Below, one piece after another: positions 29,680-39,320 of a stretch of 64,000 nt of DNA. Location: contig CBDCFW010000006.1 in assembly GCA_965216465.1 (NCBI GenBank), positions 992,001-1,056,000 on the forward strand, written 5' to 3'. The first letter of the stretch is position 1, and each line of letters opens with the position of its first letter. The notes under the pieces are model-generated. The model was not told the origin of the DNA, ran no database searches, and worked only from the letters and a program-made list of their open reading frames with translations. A program made the position numbers and the translations under genes. This stretch comes from Bacteroidia bacterium. GTDB lineage: Bacteria > Bacteroidota > Bacteroidia > NS11-12g > UBA9320.

Positions 29680-32274
29680 CTATATTTTAACAAACCTACG
29701 GACTGCTCGTCCATGTTCATTCGACAGAATGATAAAGTATTCTCCGGGAAGCATCGATGAGGTGTTATAATTCCAGGTCGTTGTTTGCTGCCCAGCATCT
29801 AATGTAGAAGTATGAAGCACTTGTCCTGTGATATCTATAATGCTCAAGTTAAGTAAGCCTAAATCTTTTCCATTAATTCTCAATTCAATTGAATTTACAC
29901 TGGGGTTAGGAGAGACTTCCATACCTATGCGCTCTGACAGAGTTTGAACTGAGCGTGTGCTTGTGTCTTTTGGCAATGCTTTTGGGATTTCAACTTCCCA
30001 CAGTCCTCTTCCAAATGTTGCAGCAACGAGTGTTTTCTTACGTTTATCCACCTCAAGTTCAGATACAATGACCTTTGGTAATCCATTGTTCAATGATTTC
30101 CAAGATGTACTGTCTTTATGCATGTAAAATACGCCAAGATCGGTGCCGATAAAGACATATTCAGTTGAATCGTGATGATATTGAATACAGTTCACTGGGA
30201 TGTTAGGTAGGTCGTACGTGATATTAGTCCACGATTGGCCATAGTTAGTGGTATGGTATATCTTTTTGGTTGCATTAAAACCTGAAAATACTAACCAAGC
30301 TTCGTTCGGTTGTTGTTGATTGAGGTCGATGTACGAAGGATATAAATCTCTTGGAAGCGATGACGCCTGATTATTCCAAGTGTTTCCTCCATTTTGTGTT
30401 ATAAGAATTTGATTTTCCACATTTTGACTGTTGTAACCACGTTTACCGAGATACATAATCTCAGCTTCAGAATGTTCGACGTCTAACGCTGTTCCTGGCG
30501 CATTATTAAAGTTGGAGTGAACATCGTTCATATATGCGCTTGTGTAACTATAGACATTTCCGTAGGCTACAAAAATCTGCCCATCGGCTGCTACAAATGG
30601 TGTGGTCCATTCTCCAAATTCTCCTGATGGGGGAGTTATTACTCCTTCATAGTCAAACGAATTTGAGGCAGAGAAGAAGGCATAAATTCGCCCATTTTGT
30701 GAAGAGGTATACCGGTAAAAGGCCTCATCGTCGAAAACTGCTTCCATGCCATCTCCACCAGTAATATTGTAAAATGCTGATCCGGTATGAAATACAGTTG
30801 AATTGTCTTGCGCCCCAGCCATTATCCCGCTGTCTAGAGACTGATTTATTCCTAGTCGATAGAAAGAGGTTATGTTCATCCCCTTGCGATAATGTATCCA
30901 TTCGGTGTTCGTGAACCCTGCTTGCAGGCGATCAACGGTGTCGGTTATTATCTTGTGCGTACGTGAAATTCCTCCATCATGACATACAAAATAAGAGTTG
31001 TTGTCTGGGTGTTGAATAATTTGGTGAATGTCTGCATGAATACTCTTATGTTGATAGTTGAGTGCCCAATAAGACACGGGATCAAAAGAATTTCCGCCAT
31101 CTTTAGTTTGCCAAATATTTACACCTCCCACAGTTACTTTTAACTTATCGTTCTTATCTACTTCAAGTGCTAAGTCATAACGACCTTGGCCTCCGGGTTG
31201 TTGACTAAATCCCCAGTTTAATATGTTGTATTCGTATGTGTTGTCGAGCACTTTAGTAAATGATGTACCAGCATTGGTGGATTGATAAAATCCATAAAAC
31301 CCGCCATCTGTGTCACAAGCTAATGCATAAATGTAATTGTTATCAGAAGGTGCTACCGCAAGTTGAATACGCTGAACAGTTCCGGTTTTGGGGATTGTCG
31401 TTGTTACTTCGGTCCATGTAGCACCAAAATCAGTCGATTTCAAAATACCTGCTTCACCTATTCCATAGGTATGAACATAGCCGGTAGAGGCATAAAGAAT
31501 ACTATCACTATCTGGGTCGCGTTCAAGATCCCAAAATAATTTGCTGCTTGTTTCGGTCCAGGTTAGCCCTCCATTATTTGACCGGTATGCCCCGGTTTGA
31601 CCAACCGCAATTAAGGTATCAGGATTGTTCTTATGAATAAAAACTTTAGCCAAAAGTGAACCTTCAAAATCAGTTTGTTCAAAGGATAATCCCGTGGGTT
31701 GCCAAGTAGCTCCTCCATCCGTAGTCTTGTAAATGCCAAGACCGTAATGTGAGTTTCTTTTGCTTTCATTAGCTTGAAGGTTATGTCCGAGATAAGCATA
31801 GTCTCCTAAAGCAACATACATCGTATTCGGGTTATTTGGATGAATGCTGAGATACGAAGTTCTGAGAACAGGAAGTTTGTTTGAAATTGACGTCCAGCTT
31901 TCTCCTGCATTTGTTGTTTTCCAAACCCCACCTTGAGCCACACAAACAAACCAAGTGTTGCTATCATTCGGGTGAAATTGTACCGCGTTTATTCGACCCA
32001 TTCCAGCTAACCTTTCATTTCCTAGAGGTCCGATCGGAGTCCATTCATTTTCACTCTTAAACTTGACATTTGAATTTGTAAGACTCTGATTTGCTGAGTA
32101 ATATGATCGAGCAAAATTGTCGTTGACCGACGCTGTTCTCCTATTTACAAAGTCTGCATTCCGTTGTTCACTTTTAGGCAGATGTTGATTGCTTGTAAAT
32201 TGCCCAAATCCAGACAAAGAAGTAAAAATAGCAGCTACAATTGCAACGCTTTTGATTAAACTAGACGTATTCAT
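29680..32274 (-). CDS. T9SS-secreted BNR/Asp-box beta-propeller (VPS10/sortilin-like) protein
   Basis: Repeated TxDGGxTW/SxNGGxTW boxes, ATFGRGLW, C-terminal SPNP...GEYF...RRFVKI CTD. Confidence 0.82.
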   Translation of the reverse strand: MNTSSLIKSVAIVAAIFTSLSGFGQFTSNQHLPKSEQRNADFVNRRTASVNDNFARSYYSANQSLTNSNVKFKSENEWTPIGPLGNERLAGMGRINAVQFHPNDSNTWFVCVAQGGVWKTTNAGESWTSISNKLPVLRTSYLSIHPNNPNTMYVALGDYAYLGHNLQANESKRNSHYGLGIYKTTDGGATWQPTGLSFEQTDFEGSLLAKVFIHKNNPDTLIAVGQTGAYRSNNGGLTWTETSSKLFWDLERDPDSDSILYASTGYVHTYGIGEAGILKSTDFGATWTEVTTTIPKTGTVQRIQLAVAPSDNNYIYALACDTDGGFYGFYQSTNAGTSFTKVLDNTYEYNILNWGFSQQPGGQGRYDLALEVDKNDKLKVTVGGVNIWQTKDGGNSFDPVSYWALNYQHKSIHADIHQIIQHPDNNSYFVCHDGGISRTHKIITDTVDRLQAGFTNTEWIHYRKGMNITSFYRLGINQSLDSGIMAGAQDNSTVFHTGSAFYNITGGDGMEAVFDDEAFYRYTSSQNGRIYAFFSASNSFDYEGVITPPSGEFGEWTTPFVAADGQIFVAYGNVYSYTSAYMNDVHSNFNNAPGTALDVEHSEAEIMYLGKRGYNSQNVENQILITQNGGNTWNNQASSLPRDLYPSYIDLNQQQPNEAWLVFSGFNATKKIYHTTNYGQSWTNITYDLPNIPVNCIQYHHDSTEYVFIGTDLGVFYMHKDSTSWKSLNNGLPKVIVSELEVDKRKKTLVAATFGRGLWEVEIPKALPKDTSTRSVQTLSERIGMEVSPNPSVNSIELRINGKDLGLLNLSIIDITGQVLHTSTLDAGQQTTTWNYNTSSMLPGEYFIILSNEHGRAVRRFVKI

Positions 32275-32349
32275 TTTATCAAAAATTGACGTCTAAGATA
32301 GTTAAAATAAGTCGAGTAAAGCTAGAATAATTACTAGCTTACGGTCATA

Positions 32350-33540
32350 TTAATCGATTACGCCGAGTTCTTTTCCAACTTTAGTGAAAGCAGCAATGGC
32401 TTTGTCAAGATGTTCTTGTTCATGAGCTGCAGATAATTGAACGCGAATTCGAGCTTGACCTTTAGGTACAACTGGGAAATAGAATCCAATAACATAAATG
32501 CCTTCTTCAAGAAGTTTTTCGGCCATTTTCTGAGCTAAAACCGCATCGTATAACATAATTGGTACGATAGGATGAACACCGGATTTAATGTCGAAACCAG
32601 CAGCGGTCATTTGTTCTCTGAAATACTTGGTATTGTATTCTAATTTGTCTCTTAGCTCAGTGGTTTCGCTAAGCATATCAAGCACAGCTATACTTGCTCC
32701 AACAATACTAGGTGCTACCGTATTAGAGAACAGGTAAGGACGAGATCTTTGACGCAGCATATCAATAATTTCTTTCTTGCCAGAAGTAAATCCTCCACTA
32801 GCTCCTCCTAGAGCTTTACCCAGTGTTCCAGTAATAATTTCAATCTTGCCCATAACACCACAGTGCTCATGAGTTCCTCTTCCGGTTTTACCTAAAAATC
32901 CACTGCTATGACATTCATCGATCATCACATTGGCATTGTACTTCTCTGCCAATTCAACAATCTTGTCTAATTGTGCAATGGTGCCATCCATCGAGAAACT
33001 ACCATCGGTAACGATAATTCGTTCTTTTTGAGCTTGACTTTCTTGCAGGCAGCGCTCTAAATCTTCCATGTCGTTGTGTTTGTAGCGGTAACGAGCAGCT
33101 TTACACAATCGAACACCATCGATGATAGAAGCATGGTTCAAGGTGTCAGAAATAATTGCATCATCCGGACCAAATAGAGGTTCAAAAACACCACCGTTTG
33201 CATCAAATGCAGCTGCATAAAGAATGGTGTCTTCAGTGCCTAGAAATTCAGATATTTTACGTTCAAGCTCTTTGTGAATGTCTTGGGTTCCGCAAATAAA
33301 TCGAACGGAAGACATTCCATATCCATGTGAATCAATTGCTGCTTTAGCGGCTTCAATTACTTTTGGATGAGAACTGAGACCCAAGTAGTTGTTGGCACAG
33401 AAGTTAATTACATCTCCACCATTTTGTGTCTTAATGTCAGCACCTTGAGGTGTGGTAATAACTCTTTCATTTTTGTATAATCCTGCTTCCTTGATTCCTT
33501 CAAGTTCGCCTTGCAATTTTGCTTGTAAACTATCGTACAT
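32350..33540 (-). CDS. kbl: 2-amino-3-ketobutyrate CoA ligase (glycine C-acetyltransferase)
   Basis: [49 protein letters not shown]. Confidence 0.95.
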   Translation of the reverse strand: MYDSLQAKLQGELEGIKEAGLYKNERVITTPQGADIKTQNGGDVINFCANNYLGLSSHPKVIEAAKAAIDSHGYGMSSVRFICGTQDIHKELERKISEFLGTEDTILYAAAFDANGGVFEPLFGPDDAIISDTLNHASIIDGVRLCKAARYRYKHNDMEDLERCLQESQAQKERIIVTDGSFSMDGTIAQLDKIVELAEKYNANVMIDECHSSGFLGKTGRGTHEHCGVMGKIEIITGTLGKALGGASGGFTSGKKEIIDMLRQRSRPYLFSNTVAPSIVGASIAVLDMLSETTELRDKLEYNTKYFREQMTAAGFDIKSGVHPIVPIMLYDAVLAQKMAEKLLEEGIYVIGFYFPVVPKGQARIRVQLSAAHEQEHLDKAIAAFTKVGKELGVID

Positions 33541-33650
33541 ATTGATTCTATTGGGCAGCAAATTAAATCACAAAACTCAAATTTCAAACAGTAGGAAGTG
33601 TAGATTTAGCTGTTCTCTCTGCCACAAAAAGATATTTTTGAACATCTAAA

Positions 33651-33665
33651 TGGCATAGCTGTTGT
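33651..33665 (+). promoter_or_regulatory. Putative sigma54-type promoter of ftsH
   Basis: TGGCAT-AGCTG-TTGT, about 32 nt before the ATG. Confidence 0.4.
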
Positions 33666-33697
33666 ACTTTAGAGTTAACAACGAAGAATAGAATTCG

Positions 33698-35770
33698 ATG
33701 GCGGAAGAAAATAGAAACAGACAATCACCTGGTAATCAAGGAAATAACAAAAACCCATTTGATAATACGAAGCCAAAAGGCAAGAAACCAAGGTTCAATT
33801 ACCTTTGGATATATGCCATATTAGCAGTTGTTTTTTTCGGGGTCACATTTTTAGGACAAGACGGCGGTAAAAGAAAGCAAACCGGCGAGGTTCTTGAAAT
33901 GATCAAGAAAGGCGATGTAGAGAAGATTCGTGTAATCAATCGAAATAGAGCTGAGATCTACCTTACGAAAGAAGCCCTCAAAAAAGACGAATACAAAGAA
34001 GACGTTAAGGAAAGTCCTTTCCCAGGAAGTGAACAACCTTATACTTATTTCTTACCAGACATTGGTCCTGAAGATAAGTTCGATGAGAAAATTCAAGCCG
34101 CTCAATCCGAGTTACCTGATGATCAAAAAATAGAGGTTAACTGGGCTATTGAGAAAAGCATGTTAGATAACCCACTGGTTAGCACTTTGCTTTTTGTTGC
34201 CTTGTTTGCTGTTGTTTGGATTCTTATCATGCGTCGAATGGGTGGTGGAGCCGGAGGCGGAGGATCTGGTCAGATCTTCAGCATTGGAAAATCAAAAGCC
34301 CAGTTGTTCGACAAAGACACCAAGGTTAATGTTTCGTTCAAGGATGTGGCGGGATTGCAAGAGGCAAAAGTTGAGGTTATGGAGATCGTTGATTTCCTAA
34401 AAAATCCTAGAAAATATACAGATTTAGGGGGTAAGATTCCTAAAGGAGCATTGTTAGTAGGCCCTCCAGGAACGGGTAAAACATTACTTGCGAAAGCAGT
34501 TGCAGGAGAAGCTCACGTACCATTCTTTTCGTTGTCAGGATCTGATTTCGTTGAAATGTTTGTTGGAGTAGGAGCGAGTAGAGTTAGAGACTTGTTTAAA
34601 CAAGCCAAGGCCAAGGCACCATGTATAATATTCATTGACGAGATTGATGCTATTGGACGTGCAAGAGGCAAGAACGCCATGCAAGGAGCGAACGATGAAC
34701 GTGAGAATACATTAAACCAGCTGCTTACTGAAATGGATGGTTTTGGTACCGATACTGGTGTGATCATTCTAGCAGCAACTAACCGTGTAGATGTTCTCGA
34801 TAAAGCATTGTTAAGAGCAGGTAGATTCGATCGCCAGATTTTTGTGGACATGCCAGATCTTAATGAGCGTAAAGAAATCTTGGATGTTCATTTGAAGCCA
34901 ATTAAGGTTGATAAAGACCTTGATCGTGATTTCCTAGCTCGTCAAACACCTGGATTTAGTGGAGCTGATATCGCCAACATGTGTAACGAAGCTGCACTGA
35001 TTGCTGCAAGAAAAGGAAAGAAAACGGTGAGCAAACAAGACTTTTTAGATGCGGTTGATAGAATCATTGGAGGATTAGAGAAGAAGAATAAAATCATTAC
35101 GCCAGAAGAGAAGAAGGCTGTTGCTGTTCACGAGGCAGGGCACGCCGCAGTAAGCTGGTTGTGTGAACATGCCCATCCATTGGTAAAAGTGACTATAGTT
35201 CCTAGGGGAAGAAGTTTGGGCGCTGCATGGTACTTGCCAGACGAACGACAAATCACCCGCACCGAGCAAATGCTCGACGAGATGTGTGCTACCTTAGGTG
35301 GTCGCGCAGCAGAGAAGGTTGTGTTTGATAAGATATCGACTGGGGCCTTAAGTGATTTAGAGAAAGTAACACGTCAAGCAATGGCAATGGTTTCTATTTA
35401 TGGATTAAACGATAAAGTGGGCAATGTTTCATACTACAATATGGATGAAGGATTCCAAAAGCCGTTTAGCGAAACTACTGCTGCCTTGATTGATAGTGAA
35501 ATTAAGAAATTAACGGATGAGCAATACGCTCGTGCCATTAAAATTCTAGAAGAGAATAAAGACAAGCTTCTTCAATTGGCTGATAAGCTTTTAGAAAAAG
35601 AGGTAATCTTTAAAGAAGATTTGGAAGCAATTTTTGGCAAACGACCATTCGACAAACCTGAAGTTGAAGAGGAGAAAAAAGATGATTCAGCTGATGCTTT
35701 CTTAACAAATGAAACTCAGGATGAAGTTGAAGCAGAAGTTATAGAAGATAAGAGCGAGGAAGCAGAATAA
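33698..35770 (+). CDS. ftsH: ATP-dependent zinc metalloprotease FtsH
   Basis: Two TM helices, GPPGTGKT, IDEID, RAGRFDR, HEAGH. Confidence 0.98.
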   Translation: MAEENRNRQSPGNQGNNKNPFDNTKPKGKKPRFNYLWIYAILAVVFFGVTFLGQDGGKRKQTGEVLEMIKKGDVEKIRVINRNRAEIYLTKEALKKDEYKEDVKESPFPGSEQPYTYFLPDIGPEDKFDEKIQAAQSELPDDQKIEVNWAIEKSMLDNPLVSTLLFVALFAVVWILIMRRMGGGAGGGGSGQIFSIGKSKAQLFDKDTKVNVSFKDVAGLQEAKVEVMEIVDFLKNPRKYTDLGGKIPKGALLVGPPGTGKTLLAKAVAGEAHVPFFSLSGSDFVEMFVGVGASRVRDLFKQAKAKAPCIIFIDEIDAIGRARGKNAMQGANDERENTLNQLLTEMDGFGTDTGVIILAATNRVDVLDKALLRAGRFDRQIFVDMPDLNERKEILDVHLKPIKVDKDLDRDFLARQTPGFSGADIANMCNEAALIAARKGKKTVSKQDFLDAVDRIIGGLEKKNKIITPEEKKAVAVHEAGHAAVSWLCEHAHPLVKVTIVPRGRSLGAAWYLPDERQITRTEQMLDEMCATLGGRAAEKVVFDKISTGALSDLEKVTRQAMAMVSIYGLNDKVGNVSYYNMDEGFQKPFSETTAALIDSEIKKLTDEQYARAIKILEENKDKLLQLADKLLEKEVIFKEDLEAIFGKRPFDKPEVEEEKKDDSADAFLTNETQDEVEAEVIEDKSEEAE

Positions 35771-35775
35771 GCTTC

Positions 35776-36345
35776 TTAGCTCTTAATTTTTGTATTCATG
35801 TACTTGGCTACTGAGTCGGGTACAAGATACTTGATTGATCTTCCCATACGATTCAGGCCGCGAATAAACGTAGCTGAAATATTCAGCATAGGTCCTTTCA
35901 TAACACGAACTTTTTGATTTTTGGCAAATTCGCCACCAGGGAAACCATCTCTGAAATACGCAAGAATGTCGTAGTTCATAAGAATTTCTTCATGGTCTTT
36001 CCATTTTTCAAGATGTTGAAGATTGTCGGTTCCCAGAACAAGTACAAATTCAGTATCAGGGTGTAGCGTAGCTAACTTTTTAAGCGTATAAGCTGTGTAA
36101 GAAGGAGTTGGCATGTCAAATTCAACATCGCAAGCAACAAACTTTGGATTGTCTTTAATCGCAAGTTTCACCATGTTCAATCGGTGGTCAGCAGACATGA
36201 TATCTTTTCCTTTTTTCAATGGATTTTGAGGAGAGACAACGTACCATACTTCGTCGAGCTTTGCTTGATCCAGCATGTATTGTCCAATAATCAAGTGACC
36301 GTGGTGAATTGGATTAAAGGAGCCAAAAAATAATCCTACTTTCAT
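35776..36345 (-). CDS. nadD: Nicotinate-nucleotide adenylyltransferase
   Basis: FGSFNPIHHGH, SPQNPLK, ISATFIR. Confidence 0.95.
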   Translation of the reverse strand: MKVGLFFGSFNPIHHGHLIIGQYMLDQAKLDEVWYVVSPQNPLKKGKDIMSADHRLNMVKLAIKDNPKFVACDVEFDMPTPSYTAYTLKKLATLHPDTEFVLVLGTDNLQHLEKWKDHEEILMNYDILAYFRDGFPGGEFAKNQKVRVMKGPMLNISATFIRGLNRMGRSIKYLVPDSVAKYMNTKIKS

Positions 36346-36915
36346 CTAAACTTCTGATTTTAAAAAAGTTGTAACTAATTGTTCTGTTGTTGCAAATGTA
36401 TCACTTAATACATCGTTAACAACAACTTCATCAAAATGTTCCTCAAATTTTAACTCGCTTTGAGCTTTTGCAACACGTTCTTGTAACTGGTGCTCTACTT
36501 CGGTTTCTCTCTTTTTCAATCGTTCCATTAGCACATCAACAGAAGGTGGTCGCAAGAATACAGCCAGTGCTTTTTCGCCATAATATTTTTTGATATTCAT
36601 ACCGCCTACAACGTCAACATCAAAAATTACCGTTTTACCTTCCGCCCATAATCGCTCAACTTCAGATTTTAGCGTACCGTAAAACAGCCCTTTATATACT
36701 TCTTCATATTCTAGGAATTCATCATTGTTTTTGGCTTCCAAGAACTGTTCTTCAGAATAGAAATAATAATCTTTACCGTGAGTTTCATTTGGTCTTTGGT
36801 GACGTGTGGTAACACTTACTGAAAAAGCCAATTCTGGAAAAGTTTTCAGTAAATGATTTACGACAGTAGTCTTACCTGAACCTGAGGGTGCAGAGAAAAT
36901 GATTAGTTTATTCAT
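36346..36915 (-). CDS. gmk: Guanylate kinase
   Basis: APSGSGKTT, TTRxxRPNE, FYGT, DVDVVGG. Confidence 0.96.
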   Translation of the reverse strand: MNKLIIFSAPSGSGKTTVVNHLLKTFPELAFSVSVTTRHQRPNETHGKDYYFYSEEQFLEAKNNDEFLEYEEVYKGLFYGTLKSEVERLWAEGKTVIFDVDVVGGMNIKKYYGEKALAVFLRPPSVDVLMERLKKRETEVEHQLQERVAKAQSELKFEEHFDEVVVNDVLSDTFATTEQLVTTFLKSEV

Positions 36916-37787
36916 TACAGGATGTTTAGCGCTTGCTCCTTAATTTTTTCTAGTTCTTCTTTCATGTAAACCACTTGTTTTTGAATTCCAGCGTGGTTCG
37001 CTTTGCTGCCTAGCGTGTTAATTTCTCGACCCATTTCTTGAGCAATGAAGTTTAATGACTTCCCTTTTGGATTGTTATTTAATGAATCAATGAAGTGGTT
37101 GCAGTGAGCTTGTAGCCTGTTTTTTTCTTCGTTGATGTCAAATTTTTCTAGATAGTAAATCAATTCTTGTTCAAATCGATTTTTGTCGAACTTGTCATCT
37201 TCAATAAGCTGACTTAAGTTCTTTTGAAGTCTACCTTTGGTCGTTTCAATTCTTTCAGGTTCTAATTCGCTCACTTTTGGAATCGCACCTTCAATGTTCT
37301 TGCAGTACTCTTCCAAAACAGTTTTAACACTTGCTCCTTCTGTGGTTCTAAATTTTTCAAATTGGTTAAACGCCTCTTTGCCAACCTCAAGAACCAAAGC
37401 GAATAAATCCTCATCAACTTGCTCTTCGTCTTGGTAGATTACATCTTGCATTAAAGATGTAATTCTAAAAATGTCATGTTGAGGGGCATCTAGCTGCTCA
37501 CTCAGGTTTTTGAGTTTATTGTAGTATTGGGTTGCTAAGGCATTGTTAATCTGAATCTCGTTGTCATTTATTTTGTGTTTAACCACATTTATAGAGAGGG
37601 TAGAACTTCCTCTTTCAATCAACTTACCGAAGTGATTTCTAATCTCAATTTCCTTGGGCATAAGAAATCTTGGCATTCTTAGGTTAAGGTCAAGGTACTT
37701 CCCATTTAGGCTCCTAATTTCAACCTTAACGCTGTAGTCTTCGGTATGTTTTTCGGCCATTCCATAGCCAGTCATTGATCGGATCAT
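36915..37787 (-). CDS. yicC: YicC/YloC family endoribonuclease
   Basis: SMTGYG N-terminus; QEMGREINTLGSK; upstream of gmk. Confidence 0.92.
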   Translation of the reverse strand: MIRSMTGYGMAEKHTEDYSVKVEIRSLNGKYLDLNLRMPRFLMPKEIEIRNHFGKLIERGSSTLSINVVKHKINDNEIQINNALATQYYNKLKNLSEQLDAPQHDIFRITSLMQDVIYQDEEQVDEDLFALVLEVGKEAFNQFEKFRTTEGASVKTVLEEYCKNIEGAIPKVSELEPERIETTKGRLQKNLSQLIEDDKFDKNRFEQELIYYLEKFDINEEKNRLQAHCNHFIDSLNNNPKGKSLNFIAQEMGREINTLGSKANHAGIQKQVVYMKEELEKIKEQALNIL

Positions 37788-38671
37788 TTGTTCTTGTTAA
37801 CGAAGTATAAACCTGTTATTATTAGCAGTGCGAATATAGCCTTTTGAAGGGTAATCACTTCCATACCTAATCCAATAGCAATCCCAGTAGCAAGCAAGGG
37901 TTGCAAGTAAATATAACTTCCTACCAATGTGCTCGAAGAGTTTTGCAATCCCCAAGCATTTAAAATGTAGGCAAGTACTGTAGTACAAACCACAACATAA
38001 CCCATAGAAAAAATTGCTTTGGTCGGAAGTGCCTGCCATTGCACTTCAGTAAGGTCTTGAATTCCTAAAGGAAGCACATAGATAAACCCAAAAAGAAAGA
38101 TGTACGACGTAATCGTTATCGCTTTGTACTTCTTGAGTAACCTTGCTACGTAGTAGAGGTAAAAAGCATAGCTGGTGGCATTAATCATAATCAATACATC
38201 TCCCCAGATATGACCTGAGTTGATTGAGAATTTATTGCCATTGACTAAAAATGCTGCTCCAACAAAGGCCAGCAAAACCCCGAACCAAACCATAGGATGA
38301 ATCCTCTTTTTGTACCCAATTGCTGAAAAAATCACAACAAATACCGGTGCCAGAAGCATTAGTACTGAAGCATTAATAGCAGAAGTTAAAGACAGTCCTT
38401 TGAAGAATGCCGACATGTTTAGTGCAACTCCAAAGAAACCGCTGATGGCAAGATCGATATAGTCTCGCCTGCTTCTAATTTTTTCTTTTACGACCAAAAG
38501 ATGGTAGGTCATAAAGATGAGAGCCCCGAAACCAACTCTAAGTACTATAAATGCATAGGACGAAATGTATTCTGGCATTGCCCATTTGGCAAAAGAATAG
38601 TTCGCAGCATAAATCGCTGCAACCGTAAATAACGCTAAGTGTACAAGATATTTGTGTGGTATTGAACGCAA
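37784..38671 (-). CDS. DMT/EamA family transporter
   Basis: About 10 TM helices in two EamA repeats; YIYLQP motif. Confidence 0.85.
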   Translation of the reverse strand: MRSIPHKYLVHLALFTVAAIYAANYSFAKWAMPEYISSYAFIVLRVGFGALIFMTYHLLVVKEKIRSRRDYIDLAISGFFGVALNMSAFFKGLSLTSAINASVLMLLAPVFVVIFSAIGYKKRIHPMVWFGVLLAFVGAAFLVNGNKFSINSGHIWGDVLIMINATSYAFYLYYVARLLKKYKAITITSYIFLFGFIYVLPLGIQDLTEVQWQALPTKAIFSMGYVVVCTTVLAYILNAWGLQNSSSTLVGSYIYLQPLLATGIAIGLGMEVITLQKAIFALLIITGLYFVNKNK

Positions 38672-38733
38672 TTAAAGTGTAATGTTTATAAAGCTCGTTA
38701 AAATTGCCATTGCTATGAATTAATGTTGCAAAT

Positions 38734-39318
38734 ATGTTTGATTTTATTTCAGGAAAAACAGAAAGAATCACTCCAACCGAAATAGTTGTTAATTGTGGTG
38801 GAGTAGGCTATGTTTTGAACATTTCACTAAACACTTTCGAAAAGCTTAAAACTGAAAAAGAAGTCAAAGTATTTGCACATCTTGTGGTGAGAGAAGACAG
38901 CCATACGCTTTATGGTTTCGCAACAATGAATGAACGAGCGATGTATGTTAAGCTAGTGGGTGTAAATGGTGTTGGCCCGAGCACAGCTCGCATGATACTG
39001 TCAGCAATGAGCGTTGATGATGTGGTAAGCGCGATTACAAATGGCAATATTGCCATGCTCAAATCAATTAAGGGAATTGGCCCTAAAGCCGCACAAAGAC
39101 TCGTTGTTGAGCTCCAAGATAAGCTGGGAGGAATTGCCTCAGACGCTGCATATCAACTGGTTGGAGGCAACAAAGAGATGGAGGAAGCCACCGAAGCCTT
39201 AGTAGCATTGGGCTTCTCAAAGCCTGCCGTTAGTAAAGTTCTAGTGAAAATAAGTAAGGATTCGGGCAATAATCTAACAACAGAAGAGTTTATTAAAAAA
39301 TCATTGCAATTATTGTAA
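38734..39318 (+). CDS. ruvA: Holliday junction branch migration protein RuvA
   Basis: GGVGY, VREDSHTLYGF, HhH motifs GVGP and GIGPKAA, ALVALGF. Confidence 0.96.
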   Translation: MFDFISGKTERITPTEIVVNCGGVGYVLNISLNTFEKLKTEKEVKVFAHLVVREDSHTLYGFATMNERAMYVKLVGVNGVGPSTARMILSAMSVDDVVSAITNGNIAMLKSIKGIGPKAAQRLVVELQDKLGGIASDAAYQLVGGNKEMEEATEALVALGFSKPAVSKVLVKISKDSGNNLTTEEFIKKSLQLL

Positions 39319-39320
39319 TT

